Origin: Vulcanimicrobiota bacterium
Lineage (GTDB): Bacteria > Vulcanimicrobiota > Vulcanimicrobiia > Vulcanimicrobiales > Vulcanimicrobiaceae
DNA length: 64,000 nucleotides
Assembly (NCBI GenBank): GCA_963795855.1
Contig: CAWCIZ010000001.1
Span: 416,001 to 480,000, forward strand
Direction of reading: 5' to 3'
Shown here: piece after piece, positions 11,245 to 20,445 of the stretch
Layout of the letters: each line of letters begins with the position of its first letter
How positions within the stretch are numbered: the stretch's first letter is position 1
Notes under the pieces: generated by a model
What the model saw: the letters and a program-made list of their open reading frames with translations, nothing else
Told to the model about the DNA's origin: nothing
The model's database searches: none
Position numbers and translations under genes: made by a program

Positions 11245-11987
11245 CAGTACAAGGCGTTCTTCCGGCGTTGGCCGACCAACTCGACGGGTCGAGGCTTCCG
11301 AGTCACGTCGCCATCATCATGGACGGCAACCGGCGCTGGGCAAAGCATCGCGGCCTGCCGGGCATCGAGGGGCATCGCCGCGGCATGGTCGCGCTTCGCG
11401 AGGTGACGCGCGCCGCCAGCGATCTGGAGATTCCGCTGCTCACGGTGTACGGCTTTTCGACCGAGAACTGGCGCCGCGATTCCACGGAAATCTCGCTGTT
11501 GCTCGATCTTTGCGTGTATTTCGCGCAGAACGAATTGGCCGAGCTCTGCCGCAACAACGTTCGCGTGAACGTCATCGGCGCATATCGCGCGCTGCCGCCC
11601 GCCTCACGCAAGGCTCTCGAAGACTTGATGGCGCGGACGGCTTCGAATACGGGGCTGCTGCTGAATTTGGCGGTCAATTACAGCGCGCGGCTGGAGCTGG
11701 AACGCGCCGTGCGCGCCGTGGCCGGCGACGTCGCGGCCGGGCGCCTGAACCCCGAGGCCATCGACGAAGGAGTGTTCGCCTCGTACCTCTACACCGCGGA
11801 GATGCCCGACCCGGATCTGCTGATTCGGCCAGGCGGAGAGCATCGCTTGTCTAACTTCTTACTCTACCAAGTGGCCTACACGGAACTCATCATGACGGAC
11901 GTGTTTTGGCCCGATTTCGGCAAGGATGAATTCGTACGGGCGCTGATAGAGTTTCAAAAGCGGCAACGGCGTTTCGGCGGCGCGTAA
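11241..11987 (+). CDS. uppS: undecaprenyl diphosphate synthase
   Basis: HVAIIMDGNRRWA, FSTENWRR, PDPDLLIR..RLSNFLL. Confidence 0.95.
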   Translation: MTVQGVLPALADQLDGSRLPSHVAIIMDGNRRWAKHRGLPGIEGHRRGMVALREVTRAASDLEIPLLTVYGFSTENWRRDSTEISLLLDLCVYFAQNELAELCRNNVRVNVIGAYRALPPASRKALEDLMARTASNTGLLLNLAVNYSARLELERAVRAVAGDVAAGRLNPEAIDEGVFASYLYTAEMPDPDLLIRPGGEHRLSNFLLYQVAYTELIMTDVFWPDFGKDEFVRALIEFQKRQRRFGGA

Positions 11988-12022
11988 ACGCTCCCGCTGC
12001 CGCAGTTTCCAAAGAAACCGTC

Positions 12023-12823
12023 CTGACGCGGCGCATCGTCGTCGGCATCGCGCTCGCGATCGTCGGTCTCGTCTGCGTGGTGTGGCCGCCGGCTTTCTAC
12101 GCGCTGCTCGTGATTCTCGGCTCGATCATGTTGTACGAACTTTCACGCCTCTGCGACATCAAGGGGCAACCGCTCGAGTTCCAAGTTGCGATCCTTGGCG
12201 TGTTGGCCTACATCTTTCTCGCGATCTTTCACGGCATGTCGCGCTGGGAAGGCGTGCTGCTTGCGTGCATCGTGCTCATTACGTTTTGGCTGGGCATGTA
12301 CGGCGAGCAGCGCGGCTACTTTGCGCGCACCGCGTACACGCTCGTCGCGGTGCTCTACATCGGCAAACTGCTCACGTACTTCGTCTTCATTCGGGAAGTG
12401 CCGGTTCACGGCGTGTATTGGACCGTCTTCGTCATCGTGCTCATCGCAATGACCGACATCGCGGCAATGGCCGTCGGGTCGCTCGCCGGCCGGCACCAAC
12501 TTACGAAGATCTCTCCGAAGAAAACCATCGAAGGCGCCCTCGGTGCGCTGCTGCTGGTTACCGCGCTGGGAGCCCTGCTCTCGTACGTGCCGTACCTGGG
12601 CATGTCGTGGTGGCAAGGCGGCGCGCTGGGCGCGGCAACCTGCATCGCGGCGCAGGCGGGCGACCTCGTGGAATCGGCGCTCAAGCGCGACGCGGGCGTA
12701 AAAGACAGCGGGACGGTGATTCAAGGACACGGCGGCGTCCTGGATCGGTTCGATTCGTATCTCTTCGGCGGCATGGCGTTTTTCGGCACGCTGCACGTCT
12801 TGGGGCTTTTGACCGTTGGCTAA
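12023..12823 (+). CDS. cdsA: phosphatidate cytidylyltransferase
   Basis: ISPKKTIEG and GDLVESALKRDAGVKDSG..GHGGVLDRFDS. The frame is open upstream of 12077, so a CTG start at 12023 is proposed (uncertain). Confidence 0.92.
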   Translation: MTRRIVVGIALAIVGLVCVVWPPAFYALLVILGSIMLYELSRLCDIKGQPLEFQVAILGVLAYIFLAIFHGMSRWEGVLLACIVLITFWLGMYGEQRGYFARTAYTLVAVLYIGKLLTYFVFIREVPVHGVYWTVFVIVLIAMTDIAAMAVGSLAGRHQLTKISPKKTIEGALGALLLVTALGALLSYVPYLGMSWWQGGALGAATCIAAQAGDLVESALKRDAGVKDSGTVIQGHGGVLDRFDSYLFGGMAFFGTLHVLGLLTVG

Positions 12824-13961
12824 AAAACGCGTCGCGATCCTCGGTTCGACCGGCTCCATCGGAACGCAAGCGCTCGACGTCATCGCGCACCATCCCGATC
12901 GTTTCGAAGTCGTCGCGCTCGCGGCCGGGAAGCAGATCGAGAAGCTGCGCGAGCAAGTTGCACGCTTCGGTGCACGCATCGCGGTAAGTGCCGAAGACGG
13001 CGCGGCCGGCTTGCGTCGCGTCGCAGTGGAAAGCGAGCCCGACATCCTGCTCGCGGCGACGGACGGATTCGTTTCGTTCGACGCAGTGTTCGCTGCCGTG
13101 GAACGGGGCATCGACGTCGCGGTTGCGAACAAAGAACTGATCGTCACTGCGGGCGAACTGCTGATTGCGGCGGCTAAACGCAGCGGCTCGAAATTGCTGC
13201 CCGTCGACTCCGAACATTCGGCGATTTTCCAGTGCCTGGTGGGCGAGGATCTCGACCGCGTGCGCGCGATCGTGCTCACGGCATCGGGTGGACCGTTTTG
13301 GCGCAAGACGAGTGAAGAAATCGAAAACGCCGGCGTCGATGCGGCGCTCGCGCACCCCACGTGGCAAATGGGTATCAAAAACACCGTGGACTCCGCGAGC
13401 ATGATGAACAAAGGCCTCGAGGTGATCGAAGCGAGCCGCTTGTTCGGGCTCCCGGGCGAGCGCGTCCAGATACTGGTGCATCCCCAATCGATCGCGCACG
13501 GCATGGTCGTCTTTACCGACGGTAACGTAAAGATTCAGGCAGCGGCACCGGACATGCGGCTTCCCATCGGGTACGCTTTGGCGTATCCGGATCGCTTGAT
13601 AAACGATGACGGCCGCCGCGACCCCTTGGTTGCCGCGGGCGCGCATCCCGAGGCAGCCGCGCTGCGTTATGAATTCGAGCGTCCGGATCCGCGGCGCTTC
13701 CCGTGCGTGCGTCTCGCGTATGAAGCGCTCGCAGCGGGGGGCACTATGCCGGCCGTGCTTTCTGCGGCGAACGAAATCGCGGTTGCGGCGTTCGTCGCGG
13801 GAGAGATCCGCTTCGGGCAGATTCCCGCGGTCATCGAAACGGCGATGAGCGCGGAGTCGTCCGAGGCGCTCAGTTTGGACGGCGTTCGCCGCGCCGACCG
13901 CTCCGCTCGGGAACGCGCGCGCGAAGCAGTCGCAGAGCTGCGCTGCGCGCAAGAGGTGTAA
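12816..13961 (+). CDS. dxr: 1-deoxy-D-xylulose-5-phosphate reductoisomerase
   Basis: LGSTGSIG, ANKE, PVDSEH, NKGLEVIEA. Confidence 0.97.
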   Translation: MAKKRVAILGSTGSIGTQALDVIAHHPDRFEVVALAAGKQIEKLREQVARFGARIAVSAEDGAAGLRRVAVESEPDILLAATDGFVSFDAVFAAVERGIDVAVANKELIVTAGELLIAAAKRSGSKLLPVDSEHSAIFQCLVGEDLDRVRAIVLTASGGPFWRKTSEEIENAGVDAALAHPTWQMGIKNTVDSASMMNKGLEVIEASRLFGLPGERVQILVHPQSIAHGMVVFTDGNVKIQAAAPDMRLPIGYALAYPDRLINDDGRRDPLVAAGAHPEAAALRYEFERPDPRRFPCVRLAYEALAAGGTMPAVLSAANEIAVAAFVAGEIRFGQIPAVIETAMSAESSEALSLDGVRRADRSARERAREAVAELRCAQEV

Positions 13962-15113
13962 GTGACCATTCTACTCGCCGCCGTGACCCTGGTGAACGTC
14001 GAAAAAATCGCGCTGTTCATCGTCATGCTTTCGGTGCTGATCGTGCTGCACGAATACGGCCATTTCATCATCGCGCGCATCAACAAAGTGCGCGTGCTCG
14101 AATTCTCGGTCGGCATGGGCCCGCTCATCGCCCGTTTGAAGAGCAAGCGCAGCGGCACGCAATACTCGCTGCGAGCGCTGCCAATCGGTGGGTACTGCGC
14201 GATGCACGGCGAGGACAATCGTACCTCCGAGGCCGATCAGCAGCGGGAATTCCGCCAAACGGTCGTCGTGAACGGACGCGAATACGACGACGACAACTTC
14301 CAAGCGAAAAACGCGTGGCGGCGCTTGGCGATCGTGCTCGCCGGACCTATCGCCAACTTCATCCTCGCATTCGTTATTCTGGTCGTAAGCGCCGTGGCGT
14401 TCGGCGTCAGCAGCGATCGGCCGCAACCCGTCATTCAAGTCGTGCAGCAGGGCTCGCCGGCCGCGCGCGCGGGACTCAAAGTGAACGATCGCATCCTCGC
14501 CATCAACGGCCGGGCGGTGCGAGGCGGCCAAGATCTCGTGACGCTCATCCATCACTCGCTCCATAAGAAACTGGCGGTCACGTTTGCTCGCGGCGGCGAG
14601 CAGCAGCGCGTCTCCGTGGTTGCCGGCTCGTGCCCTCCGCCGGAGTCTGCGTCTTGGGGGTGCATCGGATTCGTGCCCGTCGACACGCTCGAACGCGTGC
14701 CGTTCCGCGAGGCCGTCGTCGATGCGGCGTACGCGTTCGCGAACATCGGTCAGCAGACGTTTGGAAGCCTCGCGCTGCTGGTGAGCCATCCGGTGAAGTA
14801 CGGCGGCCAAGTCTCCGGCGTGGTGGGCATGGCGCAGGCGGCTACGGCGATTCAAGATTGGGGTTGGGGCTACTATCTCAGTTTCGCAGCGCTGATTTCG
14901 TTTGCGCTGGGCGTCTTCAACCTGCTGCCGCTGCCGGCCCTCGACGGCGGCCGCGGCGCCTTCATCGTCGGCGAGCTCGTACGCGGGAAACCCGTCGATC
15001 CGGAGAAAGAGGCCTGGGTGCACATCACAGGGCTCGCCGTGCTAATCGCGCTCATGCTCGTGATCAACTTCAACAACGTCGTGCAGATCGTTCAAGGGAA
15101 AGGACCGTTTTAG
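13962..15113 (+). CDS. rseP: RIP metalloprotease (M50 with PDZ domain)
   Basis: HEYGH, AGPIANF, NLLPLPALDGG. Confidence 0.93.
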   Translation: MTILLAAVTLVNVEKIALFIVMLSVLIVLHEYGHFIIARINKVRVLEFSVGMGPLIARLKSKRSGTQYSLRALPIGGYCAMHGEDNRTSEADQQREFRQTVVVNGREYDDDNFQAKNAWRRLAIVLAGPIANFILAFVILVVSAVAFGVSSDRPQPVIQVVQQGSPAARAGLKVNDRILAINGRAVRGGQDLVTLIHHSLHKKLAVTFARGGEQQRVSVVAGSCPPPESASWGCIGFVPVDTLERVPFREAVVDAAYAFANIGQQTFGSLALLVSHPVKYGGQVSGVVGMAQAATAIQDWGWGYYLSFAALISFALGVFNLLPLPALDGGRGAFIVGELVRGKPVDPEKEAWVHITGLAVLIALMLVINFNNVVQIVQGKGPF

Positions 15114-15114
15114 C

Positions 15115-16257
15115 GTGATCCGTCTCCGCAGGCAAAGCAGGCCGGTTTTTCTGCAGAACAAGACCGGCAAAGCCGACGCGAAAGGCGTATGGATCGGAGG
15201 CGACCATCCCGTCGTCGTGCAGACGATGACGACCACCGATACCGCGGACGCGGAAGCGACGCTCGCGCAAATCTACGGTCTGGCGATGGAAGGTGCCGAA
15301 GTCGTGCGCGTGACCGTGAAAGATCCGCCCGACGCCGCAGCCATGCCGGCGATCGTCCATCGTTCGCCGGTACCGATCGTCGCCGACATTCACTTCGACC
15401 ATCGTATGGCGCTCGCCGCGATCGAAGCGGGCGTCGCTAAGCTGCGCCTGAACCCCGGCAACATTCGCGATTACGCCAAGACGAAGCAAGTCGTCGAAGC
15501 GGCGAAAGCCAAAGCAATTCCGATTCGCATCGGCGTCAACATGGGTTCCCTGGCCCCCGATCTGGAGAAAACGCTCGGCCACACCGCGGAGGCGATGGTC
15601 GAATCGGCCATGCGCCACGTCGATATCCTGGAAGAGTTGGATCACCGCGACATCGTGATATCGCTCAAAGCGCACGACGTCACGACGACGGTGCACGCAT
15701 ATCGCTTGATGGACAAACGCTTGCGAGAGCGTGACACGCCGTATCCGCTGCACCTGGGAATCACCGAGGCGGGCTTGCTGCGTGACGGCACCATCAAATC
15801 GTCGATCGGACTCGGTCTGCTGTTGTTCGAAGGTATCGGCGACACGATTCGCGTTTCGCTCGCGGCGGATCCCATCGAAGAAGTGCCCGTATGCTGGAGC
15901 ATTCTCAAGTCGCTCGGGCTGCGCGAGAAGGGCTTTGAAATCACCGCGTGCCCGTCGTGCGGCCGCGCGGAAATCAGCGTGCTCGAATTGGGCCGCGCCG
16001 TCGAAGCCATCGCGAAAGAGTACACCGCGCCCGTGAAGGTCGCCGTGATGGGCTGCGTGGTGAACGGTCCGGGCGAATCCAAGATGGCCGACGTCGGCGT
16101 CGCCGGCGGAAAAGGCAAAGGGGCCATTTATCGCGCCGGCGAGCTGGTCGGAACCTTCCCTGAAACGGAGCTTTTAGGGGCGCTTCGACTGGAAATCGAG
16201 AAGGTCATAGCCGAAAAATATCCTGATTACGTGCATGAGATATCACAAGCCGTCTAA
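15115..16257 (+). CDS. ispG: HMBPP synthase
   Basis: ADIHF, RLNPGNI, HLGITEAG, CPSCGR, MGCVVNGPGE. Confidence 0.97.
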   Translation: MIRLRRQSRPVFLQNKTGKADAKGVWIGGDHPVVVQTMTTTDTADAEATLAQIYGLAMEGAEVVRVTVKDPPDAAAMPAIVHRSPVPIVADIHFDHRMALAAIEAGVAKLRLNPGNIRDYAKTKQVVEAAKAKAIPIRIGVNMGSLAPDLEKTLGHTAEAMVESAMRHVDILEELDHRDIVISLKAHDVTTTVHAYRLMDKRLRERDTPYPLHLGITEAGLLRDGTIKSSIGLGLLLFEGIGDTIRVSLAADPIEEVPVCWSILKSLGLREKGFEITACPSCGRAEISVLELGRAVEAIAKEYTAPVKVAVMGCVVNGPGESKMADVGVAGGKGKGAIYRAGELVGTFPETELLGALRLEIEKVIAEKYPDYVHEISQAV

Positions 16258-16705
16258 GACGACCCTCGCCGCTACCCTCCTGCTGGCGCTCTTCGGATCG
16301 CTCACGTTCGCGCTGTCGAAACCCGTGGAAGTGCGCGTCGACGGTCAGCCCGTGATCAGCGACGTGCCGCCGGTGACGACCTCGAAGGGCGTCTTCGTTC
16401 CGCTCCGGCCCGTTGGGGACGCGCTCGGCGCCGAAACGCGGTACGAGCACAAATCGGGCGATGTGGTCGTCACGCGCGGGGATCGGACGCTGCACCTCAA
16501 AGTTGGTTCTACTCGCGCGAAACTCAACGGCATGCCGATGACGCTGCACCACGCGCCGTTTCGCGTGCGCGGGCGCGTGATGGTCAGTTTGCGTGCCGTG
16601 CAGCAAGTTTTCGGCGTGCGCGTGAGATTCAACAAGATGACGGCGCGCGTCGACGTCAATACGCCCGGCGTTTCGGAAGCCGCGGCGCAGTTCGAAACTC
16701 AGTAA
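16235..16705 (+). CDS. secreted copper-amine-oxidase N-terminal (stalk) domain protein
   Basis: Signal peptide; VFVPLRPVGDALGA and VMVSLRAVQQVFG repeats. Confidence 0.75.
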   Translation: MRYHKPSKTTLAATLLLALFGSLTFALSKPVEVRVDGQPVISDVPPVTTSKGVFVPLRPVGDALGAETRYEHKSGDVVVTRGDRTLHLKVGSTRAKLNGMPMTLHHAPFRVRGRVMVSLRAVQQVFGVRVRFNKMTARVDVNTPGVSEAAAQFETQ

Positions 16706-16723
16706 GCGGAGCAGAATCGCACC

Positions 16724-17623
16724 GTGGAGCGCTGGCCCGCTCTCCACTACGCGCAGTGGACGCAGACCCTCGAGACGCTCCATCGTTGGATGCAAGTCGT
16801 CGGCAAAATCCGCCTTCGTCAAGAGCCGCTCACCAATCACTGGTGGAACGTTCCGCTGTACGTCACCTCTCGCGGTTTGACGACGTCGATGATGCCGTAC
16901 TCGGGCGGCCGCAGCTTTGAAATCGCGTTCAACTTCATCGATCACGCGCTTTGCGTGCACGGATGCGACGGAGAGCAGACCCGCATAGCGCTCGAGCCGA
17001 TGAGCGTCGCGGCGTTTTATCAGCGCTTGATGAGCGCGCTGGACGAGTTGAATTTCCGCGTGAGCATCGATCGCATGCCCAGTGAAATTGCCGATCCGGT
17101 GCGCTTCGATCGCGACACGGCGCACGCGTCCTACGACCGCGCTGCGGTCGACCGTTTTTGGCGCGCGCTGCTCCAGGCGGATCGCCTGTGCAAGATCTTT
17201 CGAAACGAGTTCATCGGCAAGGTGAGCCCGGTGCATTTTTTCTGGGGCAGCTTCGATTTGGCGGTGACGCGCTTCTCCGGACGCAAGGCACCGCAGCACC
17301 CGGGCGGCATTCCGAACATTCCCGACAGCGTGACCCGCGAGGCGTATTCCCACGAGGTGCATAGCGTGGGTTTCTGGCCCGGCGGCTACGGGCTCGATGC
17401 GTCATTTTACGCGTACATGTATCCGATACCGGAGGGATTTTCGGCCGCGAAGATCGCCCCGGAAAGCGCGGGGTGGAACGCGCAGCTCAACGAGTTCGTG
17501 CTTCCCTACGAAGCCGCTCGGACGTCGGCCGATCCTGATGCTGCCGTGCTGAGTTTTTTCCGTTCGACGTACGCTGCGGGCGCCGGCCTCGCCGGATGGG
17601 ATCGCGCCGCGCTCGAGCGTTGA
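16724..17623 (+). CDS. DUF5996-family protein
   Basis: TLHRWMQVVGKIRL..NHWW, PVHFFWGSFDLAVTRFSG, YSHE..GFWPG. Confidence 0.8.
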   Translation: MERWPALHYAQWTQTLETLHRWMQVVGKIRLRQEPLTNHWWNVPLYVTSRGLTTSMMPYSGGRSFEIAFNFIDHALCVHGCDGEQTRIALEPMSVAAFYQRLMSALDELNFRVSIDRMPSEIADPVRFDRDTAHASYDRAAVDRFWRALLQADRLCKIFRNEFIGKVSPVHFFWGSFDLAVTRFSGRKAPQHPGGIPNIPDSVTREAYSHEVHSVGFWPGGYGLDASFYAYMYPIPEGFSAAKIAPESAGWNAQLNEFVLPYEAARTSADPDAAVLSFFRSTYAAGAGLAGWDRAALER

Positions 17624-17630
17624 CGCGCTC

Positions 17631-19148
17631 CTAGGTGTATTCCTGCAGACCCTCCGGCTCGATGACGGGTTGAATCTCTTCCGGAATCGATTTGCGATAG
17701 CCGTACGAAAAGAAGAAAACGAGTCCCACGACGAGGGCTCCGCCGAACCAGATCCACGTCGTGCGCGAAAGCCCGAAAACGGCGAGAAACAGCGAGAAGA
17801 CGATGCCGAGGATCGGGAAGAGCGGCACGAACGGCACGCGGAACGTGCGCGGAATCTCCGGCCGATGCCGGCGCAGGTACAGCACGCCGCCGCAGACGAC
17901 CGAAAACGCGATAAGCGTGCCGATGTTCACGAGGTTCAGCAGCTCGTTGAGCGGCACGATGAGTGCGAGCACGGCAACCGCTATGCCCGTCAGCATCGTC
18001 GTCACGACGGGCGTTTTGAATCGCGGGTGAATGGTCGCAACGGCGGGCGGCAGCATCCGGTCGCGCGCCATGACGTAAAAGATGCGCGTTTGTCCAAGCA
18101 GCGAACTGAGGGCGACGCTCGTCGTGCCCGCCAGCACGCCGATGGTGATGATCCACGTGAGCGCGGGAACGTGCAGCGGAGCGAGCGCGTAGACCAGCGG
18201 ATTTTTGATTGGAACCTTGTTCCACGGCACCGCGCCGACGAGAACCAAAGCCGTCGCGCAATAAATCACCGTGCCGATGGCCAGCGCGCCGATGACCCCG
18301 AGCGGTACGTCGCGCTGCGGGTTCTTGCATTCTTCGGCCGTCGTCGTCGCCGTGTCGAAGCCGATGTAACTGAAGAAGACGAACGCGGAGATCGGGATGA
18401 TGCCGTACGGCTGCGAGGATTCGATCGCCCCGCCGAACGGCGAAATCTTGCCCCAGCCGTGAGGCGTGAACGCGTGCCAGTTCGCCATGTGTACGAGAAA
18501 TGCGCCGGCGACGATGAAGACCAGCAGCGCCGAGATCTTCAGCACGACGAAGACGTTGTTGGTCGTCGCAGACTCGCGGATACCGACTGAGAGTATCACG
18601 CTCAGCATTAGCACGAAGAGCGCCGCGACGACGTCGCACTGCGAATGCGCGATGTCCCAATTCGGCGGAAACCACCATGCGCCGTGAATCACGAGGTTGG
18701 ATTGCTGCGCCCACGCCGGCAAATTCACGCCCGAACTCTTGAGAATGTCCTGGATTGCCGCGGAGAATTGCTGCGCGACCGGCGCCGCGCTGATGCCGTA
18801 TTCGAAGAGCAGCGCGAAACCGATGATCCATGCGAAAAGTTTCCCGAGCGTCGCATAAGCGTACGTGTAGGCGCTTCCCGCGATGGGAACCATTGCGCCC
18901 AGTTCCGCGTAGCAGAGCGCGGCGAAGAACGACGTGAGTCCAGCGATGAGATACGAGATGATGACCGCGGGGCCCGCGCCTTTGACGCCGGTTCCGATCG
19001 TCGTGAAGATGCCGCCGCCGATCATGGTGCCCAGACCGATGGCGACCAGGTCTTTCGCCGTGAGCGCGCGCCTGAGAATCTTCTGCCGGGAGAGTGCGCG
19101 GAGTTTGTCGACGTTGGTCGTGGCGAACAGGCGTGCTGCTAGCGACAT
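17631..19148 (-). CDS. APC-family amino acid permease
   Basis: GTMIGGGIF, GSAYTYAY, FFSYIGFD, EECKNPQR; many TM segments. Confidence 0.92.
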   Translation of the reverse strand: MSLAARLFATTNVDKLRALSRQKILRRALTAKDLVAIGLGTMIGGGIFTTIGTGVKGAGPAVIISYLIAGLTSFFAALCYAELGAMVPIAGSAYTYAYATLGKLFAWIIGFALLFEYGISAAPVAQQFSAAIQDILKSSGVNLPAWAQQSNLVIHGAWWFPPNWDIAHSQCDVVAALFVLMLSVILSVGIRESATTNNVFVVLKISALLVFIVAGAFLVHMANWHAFTPHGWGKISPFGGAIESSQPYGIIPISAFVFFSYIGFDTATTTAEECKNPQRDVPLGVIGALAIGTVIYCATALVLVGAVPWNKVPIKNPLVYALAPLHVPALTWIITIGVLAGTTSVALSSLLGQTRIFYVMARDRMLPPAVATIHPRFKTPVVTTMLTGIAVAVLALIVPLNELLNLVNIGTLIAFSVVCGGVLYLRRHRPEIPRTFRVPFVPLFPILGIVFSLFLAVFGLSRTTWIWFGGALVVGLVFFFSYGYRKSIPEEIQPVIEPEGLQEYT

Positions 19149-19224
19149 TTCGGCGGGGCGTTCAGTTCGGCGGAGCCGGCGTCCTGCGGGGTCCCGCTCA
19201 GCGTGTGCTGAAGACTTGCGCGCC

Positions 19225-19785
19225 ATGAAGGCCTTTGAGCGCCTGCGCTCGCGCGAAGTCTACCGAAACCCGTATTTGGCGGTCGAAGCGCACGAGATCG
19301 TTCATCCGAGCGGTGTAACCGGCGAGCACGCGCTCATCGTGACGCCGCCGTGCTCGGCGGCAATCGTCGCCGACGGCGGAGATCTGCTCTTCGCTCGTCA
19401 GCCGCGTTTCGGCGCTCAGGCGGAAGTCCTGGAAATCGTCAAAGGCGGCGCGGATCCGGGCGAGTCGAGTCTCGAATGCGCGAAGCGCGAAACGCGTGAA
19501 GAACTCGGCGTCGTCGCGGCGCATTGGACGGAACTCGGAGAGTTGTTCGAGATTCCTTCGCTGATGAACGAACCGATTCACTTGTATATGGCGCATGGAA
19601 TCGAGCACGTCGATCCGCAGTCCGAACCGCTCGAAACGATCGACCTCGTGCGGATTCCGGAGCGCCTCGCGATCGCTGCGGCAGCTTCGGGCAAAATCAA
19701 CGATGCGGTGACCGTCGCCGCGCTGCTGCGCTACGGCGTGCGCGCAGGCATTTTGGTTACTGCCGCGGCGGAGGCTGCGCCGTAG
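19225..19785 (+). CDS. NUDIX hydrolase (ADP-ribose pyrophosphatase-like)
   Basis: Nudix box GGADPGESSLECAKRETREELG. Confidence 0.9.
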   Translation: MKAFERLRSREVYRNPYLAVEAHEIVHPSGVTGEHALIVTPPCSAAIVADGGDLLFARQPRFGAQAEVLEIVKGGADPGESSLECAKRETREELGVVAAHWTELGELFEIPSLMNEPIHLYMAHGIEHVDPQSEPLETIDLVRIPERLAIAAAASGKINDAVTVAALLRYGVRAGILVTAAAEAAP

Positions 19786-20359
19786 CGCTCCACAGGTGCT
19801 CGGGCACGTCCAGCTCCTGATTCACGCGGCGAGCCCAGACGAACAGCGCGTCCGACAAGCGGTTCACATAACGCGTGCATTCCGCCGATATCTCGGCCTC
19901 GGTCTCGCGGAGCGTGACGATGAGCCGCTCCGCGCGCCGGCAGACCGTGCGCGCGACGTGAAGATGCGCGCCCGGCGCGCTGCCGCCGGGATGGATGAAG
20001 TTGCGCAACGGTTCGAGTACGGCTTGGCATTCGTCTATCGCGCGTTCGAGTGCGTCGACGTCGTCGCTCGAAACCAGCGGCATGCCTTCCCAGCGCCGTT
20101 CCGCCGGCGTAGCAAGCTCCGAGCCCAAGTTGAAGAGTGCGTCCTGCGTCCACGCGAGCCAGCCATCGAGCCGATGCAGCGGTTCGCGAATCAGATACGG
20201 CCGCAGCGCCGTTCGCGCTACCCCGATGTGGCTTGAAAGTTCGTCCAGCGTGCCGTAAGCGGCGATGCGAAGCGAATTCTTTTGCACGCGCGCGCCGCCG
20301 ACCAAGCCGGTCGTGCCGTCGTCGCCGCTGCGGGTGTAGATGCGCGGGGCTTTAGGCAT
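19757..20359 (-). CDS. cob(I)alamin adenosyltransferase (PduO type)
   Basis: IYTRSGDDGTTGL, AYGTLDEL, RTVCRRAER, YVNRLSD. Confidence 0.93.
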   Translation of the reverse strand: MPKAPRIYTRSGDDGTTGLVGGARVQKNSLRIAAYGTLDELSSHIGVARTALRPYLIREPLHRLDGWLAWTQDALFNLGSELATPAERRWEGMPLVSSDDVDALERAIDECQAVLEPLRNFIHPGGSAPGAHLHVARTVCRRAERLIVTLRETEAEISAECTRYVNRLSDALFVWARRVNQELDVPEHLWSATAQPPPRQ

Positions 20360-20445
20360 TGCCGGCACGTTTCGACGCGGCGCCGCACACACCCGGGGCG
20401 TGCCGGGCAGGCTCGCGGGCGTGCTGTTGCGAATCGGGGCCGGTC

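Noticed and set aside
20360..20445. Cobalamin riboswitch (pduO) or T-box (proS)
   Set aside because: The gap is too short and lacks the B12-box or T-box consensus.
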